From: Malacoraja senta
Lineage: Eukaryota
Length of the DNA: 64,000 nt
Assembly (NCBI GenBank): GCA_038087875.1
Contig: CM075982.1
Span: 63,488,001-63,552,000 of the forward strand
Direction of reading: 5' to 3'
Shown in pieces: positions 13,776-25,704 of the stretch. Positions within the stretch are counted from its first letter, which is position 1. Each line of letters opens with the position of its first letter. The translations under genes were made by a program, and so were the position numbers. The notes beneath the pieces are model-generated. The model was given only the letters and a program-made list of their open reading frames with translations. It did no database searches and was not told where the DNA came from.

Positions 13776-15036
13776 TCTTCTGGAATTTTTTGAGGATGTA
13801 ATTAGGAAAATGGACAAGGGAGACCCAGTGGATGTAGTATACCTGGACTTTCAGAAACCATTTGATAAGGTCCCACATAGGAAATTAGTGGGCAAAATTA
13901 GGGCACATGGTATTGGGGGTAGAGTGCTGACATGGATAGAAAATTGGTTGGCAGGCAGGAAACAAAAAATAGGGATTAACGGGTTCCTTTCAGAATGGCA
14001 GGCAGTGACTAGTGGGGTACCGCAAGGCTCGGTGCTGGGACCTCAGCTATTTACAATATACATCAATGATTTAGATGAAGGGATTCAAAGTAACATTAGT
14101 AAATTTGCAGATGACACAAAGCTGGGTGGCAGTGTGAACTGTGATGAGGATGCTTTGAGAATGCAGGGTGATTTGGTCAGGTTGGGTGAGTGGGCAGATG
14201 CATGGCAGATGCTGTTTAATGTGGATAAATGTGAGGTTATCCACTTTGGTAGCAAAAACAGGAAGGCAGATTACTATCTAAATGGTGTCAAGTTGGGAAA
14301 AGGGGAAGTACAACGGGATCTGGGGGTCTTTGTTCATCAGTCTATGAAAGTAAGCATGCAGGTACAGCAGGCAGTGAAGAAAGCGAATGGCATGTTGGCC
14401 TTTATAACAAGATGAGTTGAGTATAGGAGCAAATAGGTCCTTCCTGCAGTTGTTTAGGGTCCTAGTGAGACCACACCTGGAGTATTGTGTGCAGTTTTAC
14501 TCCCCTAATTTGAGGAAGGACATTCTTGCTATTGAAGGAGTGCAGCGTAGGTCTTCAAGGTTAATTCCCGGGATGGCGGGACTGTCATATGCTGAGAGAA
14601 TGGAGAGGCTGGGCTTATATACTCTGGAGTTTATAAAGATGAGAGGGAATCTTATTGAAACATATAAGATTATTAAGGGTCTGGACATGCTAGAGGCAGG
14701 AAACGTGTTCCCGATGTTGAGGGAGTGCAGAACCAGGGGCCACAGTTAAAGAATAAGGGGTAAGCCATTTAGAACGGAGACGAGGAAACACTTTTTCTCA
14801 CAGAGAGTTGTAAGTCTGTGGAATTCTCTGCCTCAGAGGGCGGTGGAGGCCGATTCTCTGGATACTTTCAAGAGAGGGCTAGATAGGGCTCTTGAAGATA
14901 GTAAAGTCAGGGGATATGGGGAGAAGGCAGGAACAGGGTACTGATTGGGGATGATCAGCCATGATCACATTGAATGGCGGTGCTGGCTCGAAGGGCCAAA
15001 TGGCCTACGCCTGCACCTATTGTCTATTGTCTATTG
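13776..15036 (+). mobile_element. CR1 LINE, 5'-truncated, RT domain
   Basis: ORF 13810-14415 (VDVVYLDFQKPFDKVPH..GVPQGSVLGP..FADDTKL) and 14417-14749; (TATTGTC)n tail; premature stop and frameshift. Confidence 0.95.
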
Positions 15037-16220
15037 TTAATTGTCTATATGACGTCAAAATGTCTTGGTTGACTTTGTGCTCAATTGCAAAGGAGAAATA
15101 AACCCAAAATAAGTTTTATGGACTGTATCTCATGAACACAGGGATTGAATTTGACCTGCAAGGTGTGGCCTGAGATTAATGTATGAATGCATTGGCTGCC
15201 TCTATTCTTAGATTATCATCTCTGTAACCTCAAGAAGAATTTTCTTTTTGGAACAAGATTGAAATTTCTGGGAAAGTTTTGCCCTGCAGGTCATTCAGCA
15301 TGTGGAGTCTGAGCACATTTTATGAAAGGCCTCTACTTTCAGTTATTCCAGTTGGCAGAAAGTCAAGGCTTGCATCAGTCGGGAAATGATTCAAATATTG
15401 GACGCAGAAGCAAAAAGGCAGCGTGTAAATCCAACATAATCTAGCCCCTCCCTTCCACACTCAGTACACTGAACATAATCTGCACATAAAATGAAAAACA
15501 GATGTTGAACATTTCAAAGAGTCTGCAAATAGAGAATATTATTTTCACATGTCAGATGGTCTCATGGGATTTTGGTTTCAATTAAAGTAATATTATGGTT
15601 TCACTTACAGTAAAAATTACAGTGCGTATCTCCCCCTGAAATGTTTAAATACTTTGACTCCCACTGATATTGGCCATCGAGGCATCTTTAGCTTTTTATT
15701 TTCCAATAACTAAATTAAGCCAAACAAAATATTTGTAAGAAGAAAATGACACAGCAAACTAAATGTAAAACCAAGGCATAGATTTCAAGTTGTATGGTCT
15801 GGTGAGAGAACAAATGAGGTTGCTGCAATTTAATATTCTGATGCAGGATTACATTAATTTAATAAAGTCCACACATTTTGATATACCATGGCTACAATGT
15901 GCTTATTAGAGGTCATTTTATTATCTGGGCAATATTTTTAAAGCCTTTGCATGCTACCAAATCAAATAGCTGGGGGGTTTTCTGCTGTGCTCCTGAGATT
16001 AACACTTGTCTGATTGGATAACATTAATTGTGAAATACTCAGTTTTCAGTGTTCAGTTTAGTGTCGTAGTTTAGTATAGTTCAGTTTAATTGGGTTGTTT
16101 AGTTTAGTTTAGTTTGGTTTAGATTTACTTTGCTTAGTGTAGTGAGAGCGATTGCTCATCTCATCAAGGCTGTATTTTGGTCAAGTGCGATGTGAAGGTG
16201 CCCTGGTAAAACTAAAGTTA

Positions 16221-16536
16221 AAGCCCTGTCCTACTGTGCGAGTTCATTCCAAGAGTTCTCCCGAGTTTGCCCTGATTCGAACTCGGAGATTTACGGTAAT
16301 GGCCACTCGTCGGTACTGGACATTTTTCAACATGTTGAAAAATCTTCACGAGTCTTCCCGTGCTTACCTGCCGTTAACGAGTCTTACCGAGTACCTGCCG
16401 CTAGAGTTACGAGCCGCAAAGAGACGTCCCTGAGCTCCGACGTACCCGCTACGTTAATTCTCCATGCTTACCACGAGTTTTATTTTTTAAAACTCGGAGA
16501 GCTCTTGGAATGAACTCGTACCGTGGGACAGGGCTA
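16221..16536. mobile_element. PIF/Harbinger-type MITE
   Basis: ~48-bp imperfect TIRs (aagccctgtcctactgtgcgagttcattccaagag / ctcttggaatgaactcgtaccgtgggacagggcta); flanks tta/tca; internal 22-bp palindrome at 16322-16343. Confidence 0.8.
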
Positions 16537-16695
16537 TCAATGGGCATCAGTGGGGAAAATGCACAGTGACTGGTGTCATGCCATACACAAAAGAAGATAG
16601 TTGTTGTTTTTGGAGGTCAAATATTGCAGCTCTAGGACACCTCTGCCGGAATTCTTCTGAGCCAACATCTTTAGTTGCTGCATCAATTACTTTAG

Positions 16696-16998
16696 GGTGT
16701 ACGGTGGCCCATTGGTAGAGTTGCTGCCTTACAGCGCCAGAGACGCGGGTTCGATCCTGACTATGGGTGCTGTCTGTACGGAGTTTGTACATTCTCCCCG
16801 TGACCTGCGTGGGTTTTCTCCGAGATCTTCGGATTCCTCCCACGCTCCAAAGCCGTACAGGTTTGTAGGTTATTTGGTTGGTATAAATGTAAAAATGTTT
16901 TTTAAAAATGTCCCTAGTGTGTGTAGAGTAGTGTTAATGTGCTGGTCGGTGGGCCGAAGGGCCTGTTTCCATGCTGTATCACTAAACTAAACTAAACT
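16696..16998 (+). mobile_element. HE1-like SINE
   Basis: A/B box head (ggtagagttg..gggttcgatcc), body, gggccgaagggcctgtttcc tail, (CTAAA)n. Confidence 0.9.
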
Positions 16999-17756
16999 TT
17001 CCTTCCTTCATAAGTACAAATGTTCGCTGATAGTAGCACAATGTTCAATTCCATTCATAACTGCTTAACAATGCCCATGGGTGGCGTTTGTGATAGTGGG
17101 GATCTCAGGAAGAAACAGAAAAAGGCCATCTATTTGACAGTGAGACTGAGACAAAATAAACATAATCTTGCAGACGCTGGAATTCTGAAACAAAAACAGA
17201 GAATGCTGGAAAGACTCAGCCAAGTCAGGCAATATCGGTGGAAAGGGAAACAGCCAACATTTTCTCTGCAACCCTTCATCAGAATTGGAAATGAGAGATG
17301 CAAGTAGTTTTCAGTAGGTGGGAAAGTGGGTGGAGATTTGTGGAGCAAAAAGGGGGAGAATTTTGTGACAGGATGAGTTAAAAAGCCTTAATGTGGACAG
17401 TTCTCAGCAGATTAAGCTATTGGACGTGTAATGAATTGTAAATGATACAGTGGTGGGACTTGCACAGCAGACTTGATTTATGTATGTAGGAAGAGAAAGA
17501 AAAAAACAGAAAATGGAAAATGCTGGAATAACTAAGCAGGTCAGGCAGCATATGCGGAAAGTGAAACAGTAAATGTTTCAAATGAAAGAGAGAAATATGT
17601 TAATTTGCCTAACAGTGAAATGTGGGGTGAAATCAAGGGAATTTCTAAGATAGAGTGAATGCATATGGCAGATGGGATAATGGGTAATGGTTGTGTAGTT
17701 CATTGTTGGTGCAATATCGGCATAGTGGGATCTGTTCAGCAGGTTAGATCATACAT

Positions 17757-17929
17757 TGGAGACACCGATGATCTTTGATCGGACTTTACTGGCTTTATCT
17801 TGCATATTCCCTTATCATGTATCTGTACACTGTGAATGGCTTGATTGTAATCATGTATTTCTGCTGGATGGTTAGCACGCACAAAAGCTTTTCACCTCGG
17901 CACACGTGACAATAAACAAACTAACTAAT

Positions 17930-17986
<57 letters not shown>

Positions 17987-18269
17987 CAATCACTTACTCA
18001 CTCACTCACTCACTAACAAACTAACTAACATACAAATCCATACATACATATATAGACATAAACATCATACATGGACATTACACATTATACACCATATCAT
18101 ACATACATCATACACCGACATGTTCAACGGGCCAGATCATACACAGACATGTTTATACATTTATAGACATAGACATCATACATAGACAACGTACATCATC
18201 GATCATACATCAATCATACATACATCATACATCATACACAGACATGTTCAACAGGCCAGATCATACACA
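17757..18269 (+). repeat. Rex1-like 3' end followed by compound (CTAA)n/(ACTC)n/(CATA-rich) repeat
   Basis: Rex 3' UTR to ~17920, then a microsatellite grading into degenerate repeats. Confidence 0.8.
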
Positions 18270-18717
18270 GTGAGGAAAAAAAGGAGAGCAGGTAGGAATG
18301 ATTCTGAAATAGACAGGATGAAGGAGTGTGTTATTTCAAGATAGATCATTCACTGTGAAGTCCATGTGCCCATATGGCATTGTTCCTTGAACTTGCAGAG
18401 AGTCTCATTTTAGCTGAGCAGGAGGCCAACAAGTGGGAGTGGGAAATGGCAGGCAATTGGAAGCGCCAGCTCATGTCTTCAGTCTGAGCATTGGTGCTCA
18501 ACAAAGCAACAACAATCATGCATGAGCTGAGACACGTCAGTGAATATTCTTGCCACAAATATGCTAGGAAAATAGAATCTAACTACCTCTTCCTGACTGT
18601 CAATGGCATTACCAGCACCAAGTCATTGATCATAAACATCCTTTCAATTGATGATGAAGCAGACCTCATACCTTGTGAAGGCCCGCCTCTGCATGAGTGG
18701 ATCATTCTTGCCATTGA

Positions 18718-19026
18718 TTAGACTTTAGACTCTAGAGATACAATGTGTGACTTTAGAGAAACAGGCCCTTCAGCCCACCGAGTCCATACCAACAAGCGAT
18801 GACCCAATACACTAGCACTATCTTCCTACACACTACAATTTTGTTTTTCCGAAGGCAATTAACGTACAAGCTTGTATGTCTTTGGCTGTGTGGAAGGAAA
18901 CCGGAGCACCCGGAGAAAACCCCGTGGTCATAGGGAGAACATTCACACTCTGTACAGAGTCAGGATCGAACCCGGGTCTCTGGCTCTGTAAGGCAGCAAC
19001 TCTACTGCTGCGCCACCGTGCTGCCC
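18718..19026 (-). mobile_element. HE1-like SINE
   Basis: Full head-to-tail match to the other copies. Confidence 0.85.
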
Positions 19027-19371
19027 ACATGGATGTCTCAGTCTAAACCAGAATGCTTCTTGCAATGGATACTGCCCTTCATGTCCACGTTTCTCCATCC
19101 TCTGAACAAAATCATGGGCATTTTCAAAATCACCGTAAGACGTTTTTCTTTTCTAGTTGATTCTTTTATTGATGTTGCATACGATAACAGCCTCAATTAA
19201 GTACAAAGCCTATTCCCATTAAATTGCAGCTAGCTTCTTAGAATGGGAGGGAGTAAATCCTAGGACTGCCTCAGTTCGACTGCCCATTAGAGTGGAGAGT
19301 ACAAAATCTAAATTTGTTCATGTTACATGCATTCCAGGTATAATTCTAATAAATTAAAGCTGCACATAGAT

Positions 19372-19514
19372 AGTCTGAAGAAGGGTCTTGACCCAAAACA
19401 TCACCTATCCATGTTCTCCAGAAATGCAGACTGACCTGCTGAGTTACTTTAGCACTTTGTACTTCAGTACTTTTGCGTATTAACCAACATCTGCAGTTCA
19501 TTGTTTCTGCACAT
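19372..19514 (+). mobile_element. Solo PLE pLTR with decayed hammerhead core
   Basis: agtctgaagaagggtcttgacccaaaacatcacc...gagttact. Confidence 0.75.
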
Positions 19515-19699
19515 ACTGTAGATATTAGTCAGTTGGGCAAAACAGTGGAATATAGAATTTAGCATCAGTAATAATGATCTGGTACCACTGACTTTAGAAA
19601 GTGGTACTAACACTATGAACTCGGGGGAAGCTATGTCAATATAAAGAATTCTCCACATTAGCTATCATCTGTTAAATGTTGCTTGGCACATTTTAACAG

Positions 19700-20001
19700 A
19701 GCGGCACGATGGCACAGCAGTAGATTTGCTGCCTTATAGCACCAGAGACCTGGGTTCGATCCTGACTACAAGAGCTGTCTGTACAAAGTTTGTACTTTCT
19801 CCCCGTGACCTGTGTCGGTTTTTCTCCGGGATCTCCAGTTTCCTCCCACACTCCAAAGACATATAGGTTTGTAGGTTAATTGGCTTGGTAAAATTGTAAA
19901 TTCTCCTGAGCTTGTGTGGGATAGTGTTAATGTGCGAGGATCGTGGGTCGGCGTGGACTGAAGGGCCTGTTACCGCACTGTATCTCTAAACTAAACTAAA
20001 C
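19700..20001 (+). mobile_element. HE1-like SINE
   Basis: Full-length copy with (CTAAA)n tail. Confidence 0.9.
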
Positions 20002-20830
20002 ATTTCATTACCCAGAAAATAAGGCAGGGTTCGCTGTAGATCATTGTGCCTGATGCCAAGTGTGATTTGTTTCAGGTTGATTTGTTCCAATTTTTTGGCC
20101 TTTCATTCCCTACGTGACACTGCCAACGAAATCAAAAGAAAATAATGATTTTGTTAAAATACATGATGTATCCCATTGGTGAAATATTCCAGCTGAGGGA
20201 GTTACGTGAGCAAATAGTAGCTGGAATTTGGACGGTGATGAAATTCTGGAGTTTGCCCCTTCGATCTAGGGCTAGATGGCTGCTACTGACAAAGGCTCTT
20301 CACTGTCCTTGACAGCAAGCCTTTATCAACAAGGTCAGAGTAATTGTAATAAACATTTGTCCTCACTGAATCAGGACTGGAAATTTTTCAGAGTCATCAA
20401 AAGCTTTCTTCCAGATTCTTTGGACAAATTAAGTTAATCATTCCTCAGATGAGTAAAATACTAGCACTGGAATCTTGCAGGTAAAACTCTAGTGAATTCT
20501 GAAACCCTAACATTTTCAACTCAACAAATATATGTTTTAATCCCTGTGTACTCTTTTTTAAATTATATTCATGGTACAAACTAAATTTACATTAATATAT
20601 TGTCTTATGGTGGCAGAGTGATTAAGTTATCAAGAAGCTTTGGGTAACAAATTCTCAGGGCAGAATTAGGCCATTCGGCCCATCAATGTAATAATCTCGT
20701 GATGCGAGTTCTAATCTCAGCCTGTTATCTAGGAAAACTATAATGCAATTGATTAAATAAATCTGAAATTTAGAAGCTAGTATCAATAATGATAAACACA
20801 AAGCCCACTGTGTTTATGTAAATATACCCA

Positions 20831-21162
20831 GGGCGATGTGGTGGCACAGCATGCCTTACAGCGCCAAAGACCTGGGCTCGATTCTCACTATGGGTGCTGT
20901 CAGTGTGGAGTCTGCATGTTCTCCCTATGACTGCGTGGGTTTTTTCCGGGTGCTCTGGTTTCAAGGTTTCATGGTCAGTTGATTGTCACATTCCAAAGAC
21001 ATGGGGGTTTGTAGGTTAATTGGCTTCTGTAAATTGTCACTAGTATGTAGGATGGGAAAGTGGGACAACATAGAACTAGTGTATGGGTGGTAGATGATAG
21101 GCATGGACTCATGGGCCAAAGGGCCTGTTTCCACACTGTATCTCTAAACTAAACTAAACTAA
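20831..21162 (+). mobile_element. HE1-like SINE
   Basis: Head, body and tail present; short foreign piece at ~20960-20990. Confidence 0.8.
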
Positions 21163-21674
21163 AGATAGACTCAAAAAACTGGAATAACTCAGTGGGTCAG
21201 GCAGCATCTCTAGAGAAAAGGAATGGGTAACATTTCGGGTCCAAAGCCTTCTTCAGACTAAGTCAGGAGAAAGGGAAATGAGAGATATACAAGGTAAATA
21301 GAATGAATGAATGAACGTTATGCAAAAAGCAACAATCTAGGAATGGTGGAGCCCACATTGGTCCAATGTTGGCTGTGGGGTAGGTGATAATGTGTTATAC
21401 AGACAGTGAAACACAAAAGGACGACAGTGAAACTAGCACGACTGCTCAGGTGGGGGAGGGACGCAGAGAGAGGGGATGCAAGAGCAGCTTGAAGTTAGAC
21501 AATACAATATTCATACCTCTGGGTTGTCTAGTCTGAAGAAGGGTCTCGACCCGAAACGTCACCCATTCCTTCTCTCCAGAGATGCTGCCTGTCCCACTGA
21601 GTTACTCCAGCATTTTGTGTCTATCTCAGCTGGGTTGTAAGCTGCCCAAGTAAAATATGAGGTGCTGTTCCTCC
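21163..21674 (-). mobile_element. PLE 3' fragment containing an inverted solo pLTR (21528-21629)
   Basis: pLTR, 3' UTR and end of the GIY-YIG region (aagctgcccaag..atatgaggtgctgttcctcc); insert flanked by a ctgggttgt duplication. Confidence 0.85.
21533..21560 (+). ncRNA. Minimal hammerhead ribozyme core
   Basis: CTGAAGA-A-GGG-tctcga-CCC-GAAAC-GTC, with all core positions intact. Confidence 0.65.
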
Positions 21675-22050
21675 TAACTAAACCCAGTTGATTCATACTG
21701 ATCATAGGGAGAACTAAGTCTGCTGATGTATCTTAGTCATGACTGTATGTGAGTGCAGATGTCGACCATTCACTCCTACTGTCCAAGCCTAACAAAGCCC
21801 CCATTCTAAAGACAATTAGGACTGGGCAATGAATACAGGTGCTACCAGGCCACATGTTTTCTTGTTGCTGGTGAAAGATCAATGAATTTGAAATGTTGGA
21901 CTTGTCTTAGTGATTCATGGGCCAGCCAGTGCAACTAATCATATTCCAGATCCTTCTAATTCTTTTTCACATTTTCTGATGGTCATAACATTTTGTAAAG
22001 AGCACTCCTAGAAAAAGAATATATGAAAATATAATTCAATATATCTATCT

Positions 22051-22558
22051 GTTTAGTTTAGTTTATTATTGTCATGTGTACTGAGGAACAGTGAAAAGGT
22101 TGTTGCATGTTATCCAGTCAGCGGTAAGACTATGCACGATTACAATCAAACCGTCCACAATGTACAGATACAGGATCAAAGTTATAACGTTTAGTGCAAG
22201 ATAAAGTCCAGTAAAGTCTGATTACAGATAGTTTGAAGATCTCCAAAGAAGTAGATGGGAGGTCAGGACTGGTCTCTAGTTGGTCAGAGGACGGTTCAGT
22301 CGCCTGATAACAGTTGGGAAGAAACTGTCCCTGAATCTGGAGGCATGTGTTTTTAAACTTCTGTACCTCTTGCCTGATGGGAGAGGGGAGAAGAAGGAGT
22401 GACCGGGGTGAGACTGGTCCTTGATTACGCTGGAGGCCTTACTGAGCAAGTGTGAAATGTAGATGGAGTCAATGGAAAGGAGGTTGGTTTGCGTGATGGT
22501 CTGAGCTACGCCCACAACTCTCTGCAATTTCTTGGATGAAGCTGTTCCCAAACCATGA
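22051..22558 (-). mobile_element. Rex1/Babar-like LINE 3' end
   Basis: ORF 22276-22551 HPGHSFFSPLPSGKRYRSLKTHASRFRDSFFPTVIRRLN. Confidence 0.85.
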
Positions 22559-22708
22559 TGGGATACATTGTCTTAATTTGCAATTTACAAGGTTCCTTTG
22601 GTGAGTTAGAGACTTATAGAACCATGAGCATGGCAAGAGGTCCTTTGGTCCACCAAGTTCAAGTTGGCCACCATGCACATATTTACACTAATCCTACACA
22701 AAAAAAAA

Positions 22709-22915
22709 ACACAAAGTGCTGGAGGAGCAGCCAGTAAGGCAGCATCTCTGGAGGATACAGATAGGTGATGTTTTAGGTCAGGACCCTTCTCAAGTCTGAG
22801 GAAGGGTCCCGACCCAAGATGTCGCCTGTCCATGTCCTCAAGAAATGTCGCTGAAATACTCCAGCACTTTGTGTTTCTTGCTCAATGTTCCAGCATCTGC
22901 AGTTCCTTGCATCTG
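22709..22915. mobile_element. Inverted pair of PLE pLTRs (foldback)
   Basis: acacaaagtgctgga...tccagcactttgtgt arms with decayed hammerhead motifs at the centre. Confidence 0.75.
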
Positions 22916-23204
22916 CATTAAACCTACCTTTACATCATTTTATTTTCGCCAGATTCTGCCACTCACCTACACCCAATTACATGGCTAATTAGCCCACTAA
23001 CTCCCACATCTCTGGGATATGGAACAAAACCAGATCGCTGTGAGGAAACCAAAGCAATCGCAGGGAGCATGTGCAAACTCCACACAAACAGCACCAGAGG
23101 TTGGATTGAACTTTGTCACTGGAACTGTGTGGCAGTAGCTCTATTAGCTTTGCTACTGTGGTGCCCTTGTGATTCTCAGCTAAACCATAGATTATGTGTT
23201 CGGA

Positions 23205-23652
23205 TTGTTCTTGTTGGGACTGACAGTGCCGTGGAAGGACTGTCTGGAGGAGGCCCACGAGAGGAAGAAGACCAAGTACGAAGAGCTGGTCATAGACTGC
23301 CGTAAACAGGGCTGGAAGGCAAGGTGTATGCCCATCGAGGTTGGCTATAGAGGTTTTGCAGGGAAATCACTCTACAAAGCCTTGAGTGCACTGGGCATCA
23401 ACGTAATGTAGAGGAGAAGAGCCGTCAAGAACACCACAGAGGCAGCGTCGAAAGCCTCGAGATGGCTCTGGATCAGGAGAGGAGGTCCATGGGGAGGAGC
23501 GAATGCCACCTGAACACAAGTCGTGGTCTGATCAACCACAGCTGGGTCGCCTGGGTGAGGGTGTCTGATGTCGAAAGACCCGAAACGCCCAATGACCCCG
23601 GGTTACACGACTGATGATGCATTCAGGAGCTTCAAGAGATGTATTTTATCAA
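23205..23652 (+). mobile_element. RLE-bearing non-LTR retrotransposon (HERO / R2-Hero-like) 3' end
   Basis: LTVPWKDCLEEAHERKKTKYEELVIDCRKQGWKARCMPIEVGYRGF, then after a frameshift EAASKASRWLWIRR; typical restriction-like endonuclease C-terminus; structured 3' UTR. Confidence 0.85.
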
Positions 23653-23964
23653 TCAGATTCCCCCACCGTAAATAAATGTCGGGAATAATGGCACTTCAAT
23701 GCAGCATTGATGCCAACCTTGTAGCTGCTCATCAGACGTTTGCACCTTGCACTTCTGGGTACTGAGACTCCCAATACAAGGAGTCATTGAAACTTTATTG
23801 TCACATATACCTAGGTACAGCGAAACGCTTTGTTTTGCGTACAACTCATACAGCAGACTCACCTAGGCAGTACCCAAGTGTCGCTATGTTTGTGGCACCG
23901 AGACATTTACAAAAAATCACCGAACATTACTATCTTCTGCTGGCCACCGCAATTTACAGCAGCC

Positions 23965-23966
<2 letters not shown>

Positions 23967-24029
<63 letters not shown>
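23967..24029. repeat. (CA)n microsatellite
   Basis: About 31 perfect units. Confidence 0.98.
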
Positions 24030-24031
<2 letters not shown>

Positions 24032-24079
24032 GACCCCACCGGGTCCCCCTGTCGTTCCCCTGCCGGGTGACTATTGTAA

Positions 24080-24370
24080 AGTCATAGAGTCATACAGCAT
24101 GAAAGCAGGCCCTTCGACCCAACGTATCTATGCCGACCAAGATGCCCCCTCTACACTAGTCCCACTTGCCCGTGATTGGTCCATATCCTCCTAAAGCTTT
24201 CCTATCCATGTACCTGTCCACATGCCTTTTCATATGCTGTTCTAGTACCTGCCTCAACTACCTCATCTGGCAGCTCGTTCCATATACCCACCATCCTCTG
24301 TGTGAAGATTGGGACCTGCGGGTTTCTATTTATTCTCTCCACTCTCACCTTAAACCCATGTCCTTTGGTA
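24080..24370 (-). mobile_element. CR1 3' end fragment
   Basis: agtcatagagtcatacagc tail; cctgcctcaactacctc..ccatatacccacc. Confidence 0.75.
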
Positions 24371-25704
24371 CCTGTTGAAATTGCAGCATTGTTGCTTGAA
24401 ATGATTCTGAAGCCATTTTATTCTGAGGTGACGGTGCTCGTATAAACCTATTGTAGATATTACTCCGTCTCTTCACTTTCCGTGTAATCAGCAGAACGGG
24501 TGAGGTTTTGGCCTCAGGTAATCTGCCCCTTCATTCCTAGGTCAGCCGTGTTGCAATTGCATGTCAAACAAACTGAAATTGTCTCTGCCCTGCAAGCACA
24601 CACAGTGGTACAAAGATTGCATTGTTGACTTTGAGAGTTAGGGCTACTAGGAATGATACAGATTACAAACCCTTTTGAAAAATGTGAAGTTATATATTGC
24701 TCTTAATTATCTCAGACAAAGTGGATTACATGTTTGAAATAGTAATATTGAAACCTAACTAAAATTCTGAAAAGCAAACTGAATGTTGAAACTCTAGACA
24801 ATATTTTACAGGTTCTACACCATTTAGATGGCGAATGTTTGTATTTATTTTTTTAATTTGTTGTTTTTTCTCTTTCTTTGTTTTTCCCCGATGTGTGATA
24901 TCCTGGCATAAATTCATGACAATCCCAAAAGTATGTTTAAAAGGCAGAGGGGGGAAAGGATGAGGTTGAGAAATATGCAGGCAGGAATTCAGACTGACTG
25001 ATATTGTTGCTGCTAAAAACGTAACTAGATTACCTCAGGCCCTAGAATTGTAAATCCAGTAAATTTTATTAGCTGACATATCGTGATAATTATATTTATG
25101 TCAACCCAAAACCCAGCAAAACCTGACCCAAAGCATCACAATTCCAACAGTTTAATGAGAGTTCTGGTTCCACAAAATTATTTATATGTGGTAAGTTGAT
25201 ATAAATGTTGTGCTTTAGGACTTTTCATCAATTCTGTTTCTTCTGGATCAAAGCCAGACCCTTGGACTGTGAACCGCGGTGGCACTGTACCATGCCATTC
25301 AAGCCAGTTCTATGCTCAGAGTTGAGTGAACACAACCTACACACTTTCACGAGGGACTCCTGCAGGCAAGAAACAGCAAATGTTCATCCTGCAATTTGGG
25401 CTCGTCTGATTCCAGATGCCATTGGTTTATAAATTGCACCAGACAATTCCTCGGTCTTTAATCTTGAGATTATAATTGCAACAAAACAAGGGCCTTGTGT
25501 GATATCACTGCAGACAATGCAATATAACCTCTGATTTTTGTTTCTTCCTTAAAGAAAACATTTCATAATAACAAATGCATTAATGATTCTCTGGTTGTGT
25601 CATCTGTCTGAAGGCTGGACTGATGCCAATGGACTTACAGCCTTACTGTTTGGTTAATGTATCCCCAATGTGTGGTAATTCAACTACAAATGATATGGCT
25701 ACTT

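Noticed and set aside
13762-13785. 10-bp hairpin ttccagaaga-gtaa-tcttctggaa
   Set aside because: It sits at the CR1 5' truncation point and is most simply a short junction inversion.
13810-14749. Reverse transcriptase ORFs as functional genes
   Set aside because: 5'-truncated, with a stop and frameshift and no endonuclease domain; the same applies to the other CR1, Rex and PLE ORFs.
16696-16780. tRNA genes
   Set aside because: The A/B-box sequences are SINE heads that continue into the SINE body; there is no complete cloverleaf.
25250-25370. Possible host exon (pyrimidine tract, AG, open frame, cag|gcaag)
   Set aside because: The peptide is unrecognisable and the splice signals are weak. 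Candidates at ~7120-7230, 34490-34600 and 36665-36785 likewise had stops or no recognisable product. Small exons cannot be excluded without RNA-seq.
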